In this document: positions 10,347 through 21,043 of the stretch, in pieces
Position numbering within the stretch: position 1 is the stretch's first letter
Layout of the letters: each line of letters begins with the position of its first letter
DNA from: an uncultured Prevotella sp.
GTDB taxonomy: Bacteria > Bacteroidota > Bacteroidia > Bacteroidales > Bacteroidaceae
Length of the DNA stretch: 52,729 nucleotides
Direction of reading: 5' to 3'
Assembly (NCBI GenBank): GCA_946540105.1
Contig: CAMNIA010000001.1
Coordinates: 1-52,729, forward strand
Translations under genes and position numbers: made by a program
Notes under the pieces: generated by a model
The model's database searches: none
The model's input: the letters and a program-made list of their open reading frames with translations, nothing else
What the model was told of the DNA's origin: nothing

Positions 10347-11614
10347 CTTACTTTCAATGTTATAATTGTTAATGCCGCTAATATAATGGTGGTAATCCAG
10401 AAACGTATTGTTATTTTTGACTCGTGAAAAGGTCGGTGTGGCCAGCCTTTTAGTATATAGCTACTGGTAGCATCGAGTTGAGAATCAAGTTTGCGGAAAG
10501 TATCGTGAATAGGTGTAGCGCGGAATACACGGACACGCTTGCCTTTTTTCTTCTGTATTTTAAACCACTGAGTCTGGATAATAACACTTAGGCTCTCGAC
10601 AAAAAAGATACCACAGAGAATGGGAAGCATCAGTTCCTTGTGAATTATAACGGCACAGACACCGATAATGCCACCAATAGTCAGCGAGCCCGTATCACCC
10701 ATAAACACTTGGGCTGGATAAGCGTTATACCACAGGAAGCCTATCATTGCACCTATAAAGGCACTAAGGAACACTACCAGTTCTTGTGAGCCCGGAATGT
10801 ACATAATATCGAAGTAGGCAGCATAGACAATATGTGATGACACATAGGAAAAGACGAGTAACGCCACACCAATGATGGCTGAATTTCCTGCACACATGCC
10901 ATCCATGCCATCGTTCAGGTTAGCTCCATTGGAAACAGCAGTCACAACTATAATGGTCATGATGACAAACAAAACCCATCCTCCTGCAACTTTATATTCA
11001 CCTAGAAATGACATTACATCAGAATAGTTCAGATTGTGATTCTTGATGAATGGGATTGTGGTTTGCAGAGATTTCACCATCTCTGGTTTATGCTTCACCA
11101 CAATCTGCTGATTCTGCTGAAACTCTGTGACATTTTCGCGAACCACGGCATCAGGGCTGAGCCATAGAGTCAAGCCGACGATGAAGCCGATTGAGACCTG
11201 ACCTACAATCTTATAGATACCCTTCAACCCCTCCTTGTTCTTACGGAAAATTTTGATATAATCGTCCATAAACCCCAAAAAACCGAGCCATACGGTAGTC
11301 ACAATCATTAGCACCAGATAGATGTTTCGCATTCGCCCAAGTAAAAGAACGGGCACTAAAATACTGACAATGATAATGATACCACCCATCGTCGGCACAC
11401 CTTTTTTCTCTATACCAAAAGGGTCGATGCTAGGGTCACGAGCCGTTTCTGATATGTTACGTCGCTTCATCCACTTGATGTAATACTCACCAAACCAAGC
11501 CGAAATAACCAACGACAGTATTAACGCCAACAATGCGCGAAATGAGATGTACGACCAAATATGTGCTCCAGGAATGTCGTACTGCTCAAGAAATCGAAAA
11601 ATATAGTATAACAT
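10343..11614 (-). CDS. mraY: Phospho-MurNAc-pentapeptide transferase
   Basis: K.GVPTMGG, GFMDDY, NGANLNDGMDG, VFMGDTGSL motifs. Confidence 0.98.
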   Translation of the reverse strand: MLYYIFRFLEQYDIPGAHIWSYISFRALLALILSLVISAWFGEYYIKWMKRRNISETARDPSIDPFGIEKKGVPTMGGIIIIVSILVPVLLLGRMRNIYLVLMIVTTVWLGFLGFMDDYIKIFRKNKEGLKGIYKIVGQVSIGFIVGLTLWLSPDAVVRENVTEFQQNQQIVVKHKPEMVKSLQTTIPFIKNHNLNYSDVMSFLGEYKVAGGWVLFVIMTIIVVTAVSNGANLNDGMDGMCAGNSAIIGVALLVFSYVSSHIVYAAYFDIMYIPGSQELVVFLSAFIGAMIGFLWYNAYPAQVFMGDTGSLTIGGIIGVCAVIIHKELMLPILCGIFFVESLSVIIQTQWFKIQKKKGKRVRVFRATPIHDTFRKLDSQLDATSSYILKGWPHRPFHESKITIRFWITTIILAALTIITLKVR

Positions 11615-11651
11615 TATAATCTATTTTTTTTGATTCGATAATGTGATATTT

Positions 11652-13106
11652 CTATGCGTTGAAAATTTCACGAACTATTTCGCGATCATCAAAATGATAT
11701 TTGACACCTTTGATTTCTTGGTAGTCCTCATGACCCTTTCCAGCAATAAGGATGACATCACCCTTATCTGCCATCATGCAAGCCGTGCGAATAGCTTCTC
11801 TGCGGTCAACGATGCTCACCACCTTCTTCATTTGCTTCTGCCCTAATCCTGCCAACATGTCATTAATGATATCTTGAGGTTCCTCGAAGCGAGGATTGTC
11901 ACTAGTGATGATAACACGACTACTCTGTTTAACAGCCTCTTGTGCCATCAACGGACGCTTCCCTTTATCACGATTACCACCAGCTCCGCAAACAGTAATT
12001 ACTTTTCCTTGCTTACCTTCTAGTACTTCATGGATGGCATTAAGCACATTCTCCAAAGCATCGGGGGTATGGGCATAATCTACAATCGCCGTTATTCCGC
12101 TCTCTGAGCGAATAGGTTCCAAACGTCCTGCTACACTTTTCAATGTACTCATTATCAAAAGGATGTCATCTGGATTCTTACCCAACATGACTGCAGCTCC
12201 ATAAACAGCCAGCAAATTAGAGACATTGAACTTTCCAATGAACTGGACTCCGACTTCACGCCCGTCAATCTCAAGATACATACCTTCGAAATGACACTCG
12301 ATGATACGGGCACGGAAATCAGCCATCTGACGAATGGAATATGTTTTCACCACTGCTTTCGTATTCTGCACCATGACACTACCGTTTTTGTCATCAGCAT
12401 TAATAATGGCAAATGCATCTTTCGACAGTCCATCGAAGAAAGCCTTCTTTGCATCACGATAGTTCTCAAATGTCTTATGGTAATCCAGATGGTCACGTGT
12501 AAGGTTAGTGAACAAACCACCTACGAACTGCAGACCTCCGATGCGCTTTTGAGAAATAGCGTGGCTGGAGCATTCCATAAAGGCATACTCACAGCCTGCC
12601 TCAACCATTTTCGCAAGCAACCTATTCAATTCTATAGGGTCGGGAGTTGTATGGTCTGCCGGTACGGCTTCATCCTCAATATAGTTGCATACTGTTGACA
12701 GCAAACCGCACTTATGGCCAAACTTCCGAAACATATTATATAATAAGGTTGCGATTGTCGTCTTGCCATTAGTGCCTGTCACTCCAACCAATTTCAAATG
12801 TTTAGATGGCTCACCATAGAAGACTGTTGCAACATGCCCTACAGCCTCTTCGGTTGAGGAAACTTGTATATATACTACGCTTTGCAGACGCTCTTCCGGC
12901 AACGCTTCACATAAAACGGCAGAAGCACCCTGCTCAATAGCTTTGGGGATAAAACGATGTCCATCTGTCTGTGTGCCTTTAATAGCAACAAAGAGGTGAC
13001 CTTTTCCCACCTTGCGTGAATCAATATCCACGCCTGTAATGTCTGTCTCGACATCACCAACGACGTCGAGAGGTTTGACATACTTCAGCAGTTCGATGAG
13101 TTTCAT
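11652..13106 (-). CDS. murE: UDP-MurNAc-dipeptide--meso-DAP ligase
   Basis: GTNGKTT, DYAHTPD, DNPR (meso-DAP specificity), GKGHE motifs. Confidence 0.98.
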   Translation of the reverse strand: MKLIELLKYVKPLDVVGDVETDITGVDIDSRKVGKGHLFVAIKGTQTDGHRFIPKAIEQGASAVLCEALPEERLQSVVYIQVSSTEEAVGHVATVFYGEPSKHLKLVGVTGTNGKTTIATLLYNMFRKFGHKCGLLSTVCNYIEDEAVPADHTTPDPIELNRLLAKMVEAGCEYAFMECSSHAISQKRIGGLQFVGGLFTNLTRDHLDYHKTFENYRDAKKAFFDGLSKDAFAIINADDKNGSVMVQNTKAVVKTYSIRQMADFRARIIECHFEGMYLEIDGREVGVQFIGKFNVSNLLAVYGAAVMLGKNPDDILLIMSTLKSVAGRLEPIRSESGITAIVDYAHTPDALENVLNAIHEVLEGKQGKVITVCGAGGNRDKGKRPLMAQEAVKQSSRVIITSDNPRFEEPQDIINDMLAGLGQKQMKKVVSIVDRREAIRTACMMADKGDVILIAGKGHEDYQEIKGVKYHFDDREIVREIFNA

Positions 13107-13118
13107 ATTCTTTATAAT

Positions 13119-15302
13119 TTATTCTAACGTCAAAATACACTCACAACCCTTTAAGGCTTGCTTGCCGCTTGGGAGGCTCTGTTTCACCACTTTTCCGCGT
13201 CCATGGAGTTTGACACGAAGGCCTAAACTCTCTAATAGGTATACTGCATCGCGAGCTCCCATACCTGTAACATCTGGTATTAACTTGTTGTTACTAGCGG
13301 TTTTCTTTAGCACAACTTTGTTGGCCTGACTTTCTGCCGTACCCCAAATCGGTGTGTCATAAACATACGAGGTTCCCCAATGGCTATTTGTGGCGATGCC
13401 CAACTCTGACAATACTTGACTTGCAGCGACGATGTTTCCGTCCTTCACATCAGGAATGACTACAGACTGTGCATCGCGAGCATCGTCTACGCTCACCTTA
13501 AGTTGCCGAGCCATGACTCCCTCAGCTATATGATGGAAAACGAGACCACTCATGCCACCACCAGACGCTGGTAGTCCCGACTTTTTCAAACAGACGATAC
13601 AAGTGTATTGAGGATTTTCAGAAGGGAAGTAGCCCGCAAACGACAACCAGTAGCGTGTTACCCCTGAGTGATAACCGCCAAACTCGTCCGCGACCTGTGC
13701 AGTTCCTGTCTTTCCTGAAACATGGAAGAGATTTGACCCTGCCCTCTTTCCCAAGCCCTGACTAACGACATGACGCAATATGGTTTGCATCGTCTTCAAG
13801 GCTTTGGGTTTGGCAATACGTTCTTTGATGACTTGAGGTTCAAATTCCATGATGGTTTCACCATTTTTAATCACTTTCTTGACAAAACGTGGACGCATCA
13901 TCTTGCCATTATTGGCAATGGCATTGTAGAATGTCACCGTATTTATTGGAGCTATCTGAGTCTCGTAGCCAATAGACATCCAAGGCAATGTGGTTTTACT
14001 CCAAAATTTAGAACGGTCTGTCGTCTTTGTGTCCGGCATGCGGATGTTAGGTTTCTGATAACCCACCAATGGTATCTGCAGGTCTTCGGCGATGCCAACA
14101 CGATAAAGTCCCTTAACGTAACGAGTTGGGTCATTACCATAAAACCGATCTATTACATGACTCACTCCAATATTCGAGCTAACCTCTAAAGTACGAGCTA
14201 CATTAATGTCACCATATCCGCCACGTCGCCAGTTATGGTCCTTCATCCAACGTCCATGCATTTGCTGCACACCGCTACCTGTATGAATTACATAGCTGGT
14301 GTCTACCACCTCATCGTCTAAGGCTACCAGGAACGAGGCCACCTTAAACACGGATCCTGGTTCGCAACGATAGCTAATGGCAGAGTTAACAGCTTCGGCA
14401 TAATAGGGATTGCCCTGACTATCATAGAAACGCATGAGGTTAACTATTGCTTTGATATCGCCCGTTTCAACCTCCATCAGAATAGCGACACCAAGTTCGC
14501 CGTTTATAGATTTCAGTTCATCCATTACAGCACGTTCAGCCAGATCTTGCATATTGACATCAATAGTAGTCACAATATCAGCGCCGTCAGTAGGCAGCGT
14601 AACGGGGATATTCATATATTTGTTCAACACCTTACGACGTCCTGTAATTCCTGGTGTTCCACGCAATATAGAGTCGTAACTTAGCTCTAAGCCGAAATAC
14701 GCCGAGTCTTTGTCGCCATACAGACCGCCCATAGTTCGCATGGCAAGTGTTCCAAAGGGTCTGTTGCGTGACACAAACTCTTCTTCATGGAAACCACTCT
14801 TATACTTCGGCATATTAAAGAAGGGTAGTTTCTGTACCTCCTTATATGTATTATAGTTTATACGCCGTTTCCAAATCGGCCAGTGGCGTGCACCTTTAGT
14901 ACCGTTCTTCAACGTCTTAAGGCGACCTGCTTCCAAGTGTTGTTTAAATTCTTCCGCAGTCTTACTAGGGAAAATGGCGGCTAAGCCGTCACATACAGAG
15001 TCAATCTTATCCTGCCACAACGAGTCTCCTTTTTCAAAGGCTGCAGCCTGGAAATCCATAAATATACGATATTCTGGAATAGTGCTAGCCATCAACTGAC
15101 CATCGCCACTTAGGATGTTGCCACGAGTAGGCTTCACAACAACGCTATCACGTTTCAGGCGGTCAGCGACCTCTGTCCAGTACTGTTTCTTAACTGTCAT
15201 GATGTAGAAGGCCTTGCCAATAACGGCAACACCAACGAGTGTCAGCACCAATGCTATCATCATGTAGCGAGGCATTACTTTATCATTGTTAAACTTGCTC
15301 AC
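13119..15302 (-). CDS. ftsI: Division transpeptidase PBP3 with C-terminal PASTA domain (GTG start)
   Basis: SxxK (GSVFK), SxN (SSNIG), KTG triad; PDVTGM PASTA; dcw position. Confidence 0.95.
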   Translation of the reverse strand: MSKFNNDKVMPRYMMIALVLTLVGVAVIGKAFYIMTVKKQYWTEVADRLKRDSVVVKPTRGNILSGDGQLMASTIPEYRIFMDFQAAAFEKGDSLWQDKIDSVCDGLAAIFPSKTAEEFKQHLEAGRLKTLKNGTKGARHWPIWKRRINYNTYKEVQKLPFFNMPKYKSGFHEEEFVSRNRPFGTLAMRTMGGLYGDKDSAYFGLELSYDSILRGTPGITGRRKVLNKYMNIPVTLPTDGADIVTTIDVNMQDLAERAVMDELKSINGELGVAILMEVETGDIKAIVNLMRFYDSQGNPYYAEAVNSAISYRCEPGSVFKVASFLVALDDEVVDTSYVIHTGSGVQQMHGRWMKDHNWRRGGYGDINVARTLEVSSNIGVSHVIDRFYGNDPTRYVKGLYRVGIAEDLQIPLVGYQKPNIRMPDTKTTDRSKFWSKTTLPWMSIGYETQIAPINTVTFYNAIANNGKMMRPRFVKKVIKNGETIMEFEPQVIKERIAKPKALKTMQTILRHVVSQGLGKRAGSNLFHVSGKTGTAQVADEFGGYHSGVTRYWLSFAGYFPSENPQYTCIVCLKKSGLPASGGGMSGLVFHHIAEGVMARQLKVSVDDARDAQSVVIPDVKDGNIVAASQVLSELGIATNSHWGTSYVYDTPIWGTAESQANKVVLKKTASNNKLIPDVTGMGARDAVYLLESLGLRVKLHGRGKVVKQSLPSGKQALKGCECILTLE

Positions 15303-15334
15303 CTGGACTTTTTACAGTTTTATTATTATAATAT

Positions 15335-15811
15335 TTATTCTGTCACTTGAATGATGTAAGGCGGCTGGTCGGCTTGATGCAACAACGAGTCATTGCTTTG
15401 TTTTAAGATGTCAAGTACGTGGCTTTCACGACACTTTTCTGTAAGTGTACTTGACGAAGATAGTGCCTTAAACTTTGCATCCTTCAGCTGCTCTTCCATT
15501 CTGTCAATGGTCAACATATCCTGCTGACACTGATAGCGAAAAGCAACATAGATAATTGTAAAAAAAACAATAAGAACGAAGAGCCATATCTGCGAACGAA
15601 CCATCTGCGTACTCAACAAGTCGCCACCCAAAATAGTACGCAACGACAAATGCTGCGACGGTCTCGGGTCCTCCTCCGTCGCTGTCTCCTCTATCTTTTT
15701 CAAAGCCTCTTTCAGTTTGCTGTCTGCTGACAGGCCTGCCTCTTCATTCAGTCCATCCTGTCCAACAGCAACTTCCTCCAAAGCCTCTATTTCCTTGTTG
15801 TTATCTGTCAT
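15335..15811 (-). CDS. ftsL: FtsL-like cell division protein
   Basis: One TM plus short coiled coil, located between rsmH and ftsI. Confidence 0.8.
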   Translation of the reverse strand: MTDNNKEIEALEEVAVGQDGLNEEAGLSADSKLKEALKKIEETATEEDPRPSQHLSLRTILGGDLLSTQMVRSQIWLFVLIVFFTIIYVAFRYQCQQDMLTIDRMEEQLKDAKFKALSSSSTLTEKCRESHVLDILKQSNDSLLHQADQPPYIIQVTE

Positions 15812-15818
15812 ATAACTT

Positions 15819-16733
15819 CTATATACGTTCTGCTATTCTCAGTTTCGCACTTCTACTACGTGGATTGCCTTGTATTTCTTCGTCAGTCGGCGTAATTACT
15901 TTGTTGACAAGACGGAAAGGGGAATTCACCCTGCCATAGAAGTCTTGCTCCACCCTACCTTCCACATTTCCCGCTTTCATAACGTTCTTCACCATACGAT
16001 CCTCCAAGGAGTGATAAGTAATAACGCTCAAGCGGCCTCCCTTACATAGCAATTGCGTAACGCCTTTAAGCATGTCGCGCAAGGCATCCATTTCATGATT
16101 AACCTCAATACGCAGAGCTTGATAAACTTTTGCAAGTTCTTTCTTTTCACGCTCTGCACTTAACTGTGCCTCCAATATCTTTCCAAAGTCCGCAGTTGTT
16201 TTTATCGTTTGTTGGCGACGCGCCAAACTCACTGCTCTTGCTAACCGACGGGCATTCTTTAGTTCACCATTAAGAAAGAATATGTCTGCTAACCGCTCTT
16301 CACTATAAGTATTCAAAACGTCGGCCGCCGTAAGTCCTGCACGCTTATTCATACGCATATCCAGCGGAGCATCGCTAAAGCGGAAAGAGAACCCGCGTGT
16401 CTCATCATCGAAATGGTGACTCGAAACTCCCAAATCAGCTAAAATGCCATCTATGCACTCAATCCCGTAATATGACATCCAATTGGCAACATACCTAAAG
16501 TTACTCCTAACAAAGGTAAATCTATCATCCACCAACGCGTTTTTTTCTGCATCGCCATCTTGGTCGAAACCATACAGGTGACCTTTCTCACCCAACCGCT
16601 TGAGTATCTCTTTGGAATGTCCGCCCCCACCAAAAGTCAAATCAACATAAACCCCATCGGGCCGAATAGCCAGCCCGTCAATGCTCTCTTTTAGGAGAAC
16701 AGGTACGTGATATGTCTCTGCTGTCACTATCAT
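15819..16733 (-). CDS. rsmH: 16S rRNA m4C1402 methyltransferase
   Basis: HVPVLL, D.TFGGGGHS, DLGVSS, LDMRM, NPRSRSAKLR motifs. Confidence 0.98.
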   Translation of the reverse strand: MIVTAETYHVPVLLKESIDGLAIRPDGVYVDLTFGGGGHSKEILKRLGEKGHLYGFDQDGDAEKNALVDDRFTFVRSNFRYVANWMSYYGIECIDGILADLGVSSHHFDDETRGFSFRFSDAPLDMRMNKRAGLTAADVLNTYSEERLADIFFLNGELKNARRLARAVSLARRQQTIKTTADFGKILEAQLSAEREKKELAKVYQALRIEVNHEMDALRDMLKGVTQLLCKGGRLSVITYHSLEDRMVKNVMKAGNVEGRVEQDFYGRVNSPFRLVNKVITPTDEEIQGNPRSRSAKLRIAERI

Positions 16734-16738
16734 GACGG

Positions 16739-17221
16739 TTACTGATTAACTATCGCAGAATTGTCACTCTCAAGCTCGGGGCCTGCCATCAACTCTTCCA
16801 GCGCTATTTCGAAATCCTCAGCAGCCATCCGTTGTTGTTCGGCTTTCTGACCGCTCCAAATCTCTATAGCGTCACCCATACCAACAAACTTAACATCCTG
16901 CTCTATGCCAGCCATACGTTGATAGCGTTTGGGTATCAGAAAACGCCCATTGCCATCAAGCGTTAAAATTTCCACTTCGCTAACAAACTGACGGAATACT
17001 TGTTGGTGCTGCTTATTCCACCGATTGAGACGTCGGCGCAACAAATCCATTTGTTCGTTCCACACCGATTCAGGATAAAGCACCAGACAAGGTTGGAACA
17101 CGTCTTTACGCATCACCAAGCGCTCCTCACCGCCAGTTTGTAACTGCTTGCGGAAAAGAGCTGGCAGGAAGGCGCGTCCTTTCGTGTCTATTTTTGCCTC
17201 TATATTTCCTAAAAAACGCAT
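16739..17221 (-). CDS. mraZ: Transcriptional regulator MraZ
   Basis: Two DxxGR-type repeats (IDTKGR, LDGNGR); start trimmed to ATG 17221 because the longer ORF runs through the promoter. Confidence 0.95.
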   Translation of the reverse strand: MRFLGNIEAKIDTKGRAFLPALFRKQLQTGGEERLVMRKDVFQPCLVLYPESVWNEQMDLLRRRLNRWNKQHQQVFRQFVSEVEILTLDGNGRFLIPKRYQRMAGIEQDVKFVGMGDAIEIWSGQKAEQQRMAAEDFEIALEELMAGPELESDNSAIVNQ

Positions 17222-17251
17222 GTGTACTTTAATATAAATTGGATTCGACTG

Positions 17252-17259
17252 CAAAGGTA
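17252..17259 (-). promoter_or_regulatory. dcw promoter -7 element (TACCTTTG)
   Basis: Exact TAnnTTTG+CA 30 nt upstream of the mraZ ATG. Confidence 0.8.
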
Positions 17260-17269
17260 GGTATTTTTC

Positions 17270-17294
17270 GCCACAATTCCCCACTTTTCTCCAC
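17270..17294 (-). promoter_or_regulatory. MraZ binding boxes: three GTGG repeats at 10-nt period
   Basis: CCAC at 17271, 17281, 17291 (minus strand GTGGAgaaaaGTGGGgaattGTGGC), matching the spaced GTGG(G) dcw-box architecture. Confidence 0.8.
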
Positions 17295-17532
17295 TTTTTT
17301 TAGTGAATAAAGTTTAAAATTCCTATTTGCAAGTCAAAAGCAACTGAAACACAGCTATTTAGGATCATACTAGAATGTGGGGTGTTATCTATTTGAAAGG
17401 CATTCCGAAATATGCTACCTTTCTTTAATCAGTACCTTACGAATACAAGCAAAAACCGTCTATAAAACCGTCTTACATGACTTTTTTGCACAAAATTTCT
17501 TAAAGGGTGTGTTTTTTCTCATCATTTTTCCG

Positions 17533-17540
17533 TATATTTG
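17533..17540 (+). promoter_or_regulatory. -7 element (TATATTTG) for the acyltransferase-led operon
   Basis: Exact TAnnTTTG+CA 17 nt before the ATG at 17558. Confidence 0.75.
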
Positions 17541-17557
17541 CAGGCTGTTAGCGAAAG

Positions 17558-18391
17558 ATGAGAGAAATGGGACAAGTTACAAAGAAAACCATTGACATTG
17601 ATCAGATACTTAAAAACAAGATGGGCAACGGAGCAAAATGGGTGCCTGGTTTCCTGGTATCCTGGCTGAAACGTATCGCACATCAAGATCAAGTAAATGA
17701 ATTCCTTTGGGAATCGAGTGATAAAGTTGGCACACCTTGGCTTGAAGCCTGTGTCGAATATCTTCAAATGACACTAAACATTGAAGGTTTAGAGCATCTG
17801 CCCAGCAAAAACGACGGGAAGCGATACACCTTCGTATCCAACCACCCTTTAGGGGGAGCCGATGGTGTTGCACTTGGCGCCATTATAGGGCGTCACTACG
17901 ACAGCCAATTTCGCTATTTGGTTAACGACCTTCTTATGTATCTTCCCGGCTTAGCTCCACTCTGCATTCCTATCAACAAGACAGGACATCAGAGCAGAAA
18001 CTTTCCAGAAATGGTTAAGGCTGGTTTCGAGAGCAAAAACCACATGCTGATGTTCCCTGCTGGCATATGCTCACGACGTCGAGGGAAAGAGATCAAAGAT
18101 ATACCATGGTCAAAGACGTTCATCTCAAAGAGCGTTGAATATCAGCGAGATGTCGTACCCATTCATTTCGAGGGAGAGAACTCTAATTTCTTCTATCGGT
18201 TGGCTAATTTCTCAGATAAATACATGCCTTTCAATTTGGCCATGCTCTTCCTCGTTGACGAAATGTATAAAAACGTAGGGAAGACCTTCCGCGTAGCTAT
18301 AGGAGAGCCCATCCCTTGGCAAACCTTTGACAAGAGCAAGACCCCACTAGAATGGGCTCAATATGTTCAAGACAGGGTATATACTTTATAA
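17558..18391 (+). CDS. glsA: PlsC-family O-acyltransferase, probable glycine-lipid synthase GlsA (start may be 17567)
   Basis: NHPLGGAD (HX4D) and FPAG motifs; paired with a GNAT N-acyltransferase next to mraZ, the arrangement I recall for Bacteroides glsAB. Confidence 0.75.
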   Translation: MREMGQVTKKTIDIDQILKNKMGNGAKWVPGFLVSWLKRIAHQDQVNEFLWESSDKVGTPWLEACVEYLQMTLNIEGLEHLPSKNDGKRYTFVSNHPLGGADGVALGAIIGRHYDSQFRYLVNDLLMYLPGLAPLCIPINKTGHQSRNFPEMVKAGFESKNHMLMFPAGICSRRRGKEIKDIPWSKTFISKSVEYQRDVVPIHFEGENSNFFYRLANFSDKYMPFNLAMLFLVDEMYKNVGKTFRVAIGEPIPWQTFDKSKTPLEWAQYVQDRVYTL

Positions 18392-18431
18392 CGTAAAAAA
18401 CAACACAACATACCAAAAAACGGCAAACAAC

Positions 18432-19430
18432 ATGGAACAACCCATCATTGCACCGATTCCCAAAGAAGTCCTCAAGAGTGAGCTAACTCCAGACAAGCAG
18501 TTGCGAATGACTAATAAAAGCCATAATGAAATCTACGTCATTACTGCACACAACGCACCAAATGTAATGCAAGAGATTGGTCGTCTGCGTGAAATTGCTT
18601 TCCGCGAAGCAGGTGGAGGAACCGGTAAGGCTACAGACATTGATGAATTTGACATCTCGGCTAATTGCTACAAGCAACTCATTGTTTGGAATCCAGAGCA
18701 TGAGGAAATCATTGGTGGTTATCGCTATTTATTAGGAACCGATTGGGAATACGATGAGAAAGGTCAGCCTATTTTGGCCACCAGCCATATGTTCCATTTC
18801 TCTGAAAAATTTATCAAGGAATACGCTCCCTTGACTGTTGAATTAGGCCGTTCGTTTGTATCGTTACCGTATCAGTCATCGCGAATGGGTGCCAAGAGCC
18901 TTTTTGCCTTAGACAACCTTTGGGATGGACTTGGTGCAATCAGTGTCATCCGTCCCAATGTAAAATATTACTTTGGCAAGATGACGATGTACCCCAGCTA
19001 CATCCGCAAAGGGCGCGATATGATACTGTATTTCCTAAAAAAACACTTCAACGACAAGGAGAACCTCATCATCCCGTTGAAACCTCTAAAAATCGAAACT
19101 GACGAACAGGAATTAGAGAAACTGTTTTGCAAAGACGACTTTAAAGAAGACTACCGCATTCTGAATGGCGAGATACGCAAATTGGGGTATAACATTCCGC
19201 CATTGGTGAACGCGTACATGAGTCTTTCTCCTACCATGAAACTTTTTGGAACAGCCATCAATTACGGATTTGGCGACGTCGAAGAGACAGGAATCCTTAT
19301 CAATGTAGATGAGATATGGGAGGAGAAGCGTAAGCGCCACATTGATTCATTTATGCAGGAGCACCGTGATGAAATTACAATAACATCGGGGGCTAACAAT
19401 ATTATCTATAAGCCCAAAGACAGAAAATGA
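18432..19430 (+). CDS. glsB: GNAT/OlsB-like N-acyltransferase, probable glycine-lipid synthase GlsB
   Basis: EIGRLRE.AFR..GGG, D.DEFD, GGYR, ELGRSFV, IPPLVNAY motifs; start trimmed to MEQPII. Confidence 0.78.
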   Translation: MEQPIIAPIPKEVLKSELTPDKQLRMTNKSHNEIYVITAHNAPNVMQEIGRLREIAFREAGGGTGKATDIDEFDISANCYKQLIVWNPEHEEIIGGYRYLLGTDWEYDEKGQPILATSHMFHFSEKFIKEYAPLTVELGRSFVSLPYQSSRMGAKSLFALDNLWDGLGAISVIRPNVKYYFGKMTMYPSYIRKGRDMILYFLKKHFNDKENLIIPLKPLKIETDEQELEKLFCKDDFKEDYRILNGEIRKLGYNIPPLVNAYMSLSPTMKLFGTAINYGFGDVEETGILINVDEIWEEKRKRHIDSFMQEHRDEITITSGANNIIYKPKDRK

Positions 19431-20293
19431 CCCAGACGCATTATTATCAAGTAGCTAATCACACTTTCTCACTTGAGTTTCCTGACAGCGAGAGGGTTGT
19501 CGATGAAATGGAACAATATTCTTCTTTTTCCGTTTCACCGACCAACGAAATTGTCTTTTCAATACGCATTGTCCAGAAGGAGGAATTTCCCATCCTGAAT
19601 GACATTACCGTTGAACTACACCAAGACGACGACGGTTCACAAATTTTGGCAGGCCATGCCGCAGGACTCCCTTACTTTGAATTCCAATTATGGGGTCGTT
19701 GCGCTGCTCGCATGTTAACCAACAAGCAATACACAGAAGCAACGGTTTTATTGGTTGACGAACCGCTGTTTGGCATCAACAATGCCATAATGGTACTTTA
19801 CGCCTTGTCAACAGCCAGCAAGCAGACAGCGCTTTTCCACTCTTCTGTTGTCAGTCATCATGGGCATGGCTACATGTTTTTAGGCAAAAGTGGAACAGGA
19901 AAAAGTACCCACTCGAGTTTATGGCTAAAACACATTGAAGGTTGCCACCTCGTGAATGACGACAATCCTGTAGTGCGACGCCTTCCCGATGGCTTTTATG
20001 TCTTCGGTTCACCTTGGAGTGGCAAGACGCCGTGTTACCGCAATGTCAGCTTCCCTATTGGTGGCATCGTTCAACTCTCGCAAGCTCCCTACAACAAGAT
20101 AGAACGCCTACGGCCTTTGGCTGCCTATGCAGCCTTAGTTCCCTCTATCTCTGGTAAGCGTTGGGACAAAGATATTGCCGAAGGACTGCATGAAACCGAA
20201 AACATGATGGCAGGCGAGATTCCCGTTTGGCACCTTGAGTGCCTACCCAATGAAGAAGCAGCTCATGTCTGCCAGCAGGCAGTAGAACGATAG
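19427..20293 (+). CDS. HPr-kinase/PEPCK-like P-loop kinase (SynChlorMet ScmC-like)
   Basis: FHSS, Walker A GKSGTGKST, downstream NDD acidic pair, GSPWSGK; ATGA overlap with the glsB stop. Confidence 0.8.
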   Translation: MTQTHYYQVANHTFSLEFPDSERVVDEMEQYSSFSVSPTNEIVFSIRIVQKEEFPILNDITVELHQDDDGSQILAGHAAGLPYFEFQLWGRCAARMLTNKQYTEATVLLVDEPLFGINNAIMVLYALSTASKQTALFHSSVVSHHGHGYMFLGKSGTGKSTHSSLWLKHIEGCHLVNDDNPVVRRLPDGFYVFGSPWSGKTPCYRNVSFPIGGIVQLSQAPYNKIERLRPLAAYAALVPSISGKRWDKDIAEGLHETENMMAGEIPVWHLECLPNEEAAHVCQQAVER

Positions 20294-20296
20294 GCG

Positions 20297-20743
20297 ATGA
20301 TTAGCGACAATGAAATTATAAGCAATGCCATTAAGCTGGTGAACGAAGGGTTGCGTGTTACCTTTCCTGTAAAGGGATATAGCATGCTTCCATTTATTAT
20401 TGGCAGCAAGGAAAGCGTAGATCTTGTAAAGCCTGAAAACTTGCGTGTAGGTCACATAGTTCTTGCATGGGTAGAGGGTTGTCGCTATGTAGTGCATCGC
20501 ATTATCAGCATTGAAGGCCGTCAGGTAACACTAATGGGTGACGGGAATATTGCAGGAGTGGAGCACTGCCAACTCTGTGACGTTGCAGCGCTGGCAATCT
20601 GCGTGGTGACGCCTAAAGGTAAGCACCACCCGTTGTACACCCCTTGGCGCATGAAGGCAAGTCGATTGTGGTGGAGACTTCTCCCTATTCGCCGTTGGAT
20701 TTTAGCCATTTACCGAAGAACATGGTTGAAGTTTCTAACCTAA
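20297..20743 (+). CDS. S24/S26 family peptidase (Ser/His type)
   Basis: GYSMLP catalytic Ser box, YVVHRI His box, GDGN; basic amphipathic C-terminus. Confidence 0.85.
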   Translation: MISDNEIISNAIKLVNEGLRVTFPVKGYSMLPFIIGSKESVDLVKPENLRVGHIVLAWVEGCRYVVHRIISIEGRQVTLMGDGNIAGVEHCQLCDVAALAICVVTPKGKHHPLYTPWRMKASRLWWRLLPIRRWILAIYRRTWLKFLT

Positions 20744-20773
20744 ATTCTGTGGAATTCTTAAAAACTGAATAAT

Positions 20774-21043
20774 ATGAAACAAAAGGAAGGATTTGTACTG
20801 CGCCAGGTCTGTGGCGAAAATGTCATTGTCGGCGAGGGCTTAGGAACGATTGATTTTGGCAAGCTCATCAGCCTGAACGAGACGGCAGCTTGGCTGTGGA
20901 AAAAAGCCGGTAAAATGGGCGATTTTGACATTGAAAGCCTCACCGATGCCCTCTGCGAGGAATACGAAGTCAGCAAAGAAAAAGCGTACAAGGATGTACA
21001 GAAGATGGTCAACCAGTGGCAAGAGCTGAAGATCGTTGAATGA
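20774..21043 (+). CDS. PqqD-family peptide chaperone / RiPP recognition element
   Basis: 89 aa; LNETAAWLW...L.DALCEEYEV....A..DV pattern typical of PqqD. Confidence 0.9.
   Translation: MKQKEGFVLRQVCGENVIVGEGLGTIDFGKLISLNETAAWLWKKAGKMGDFDIESLTDALCEEYEVSKEKAYKDVQKMVNQWQELKIVE

Noticed and set aside
1552..17221. murF and ddl missing from the dcw cluster
   Set aside because: Usual arrangement in Bacteroidales, where they lie elsewhere
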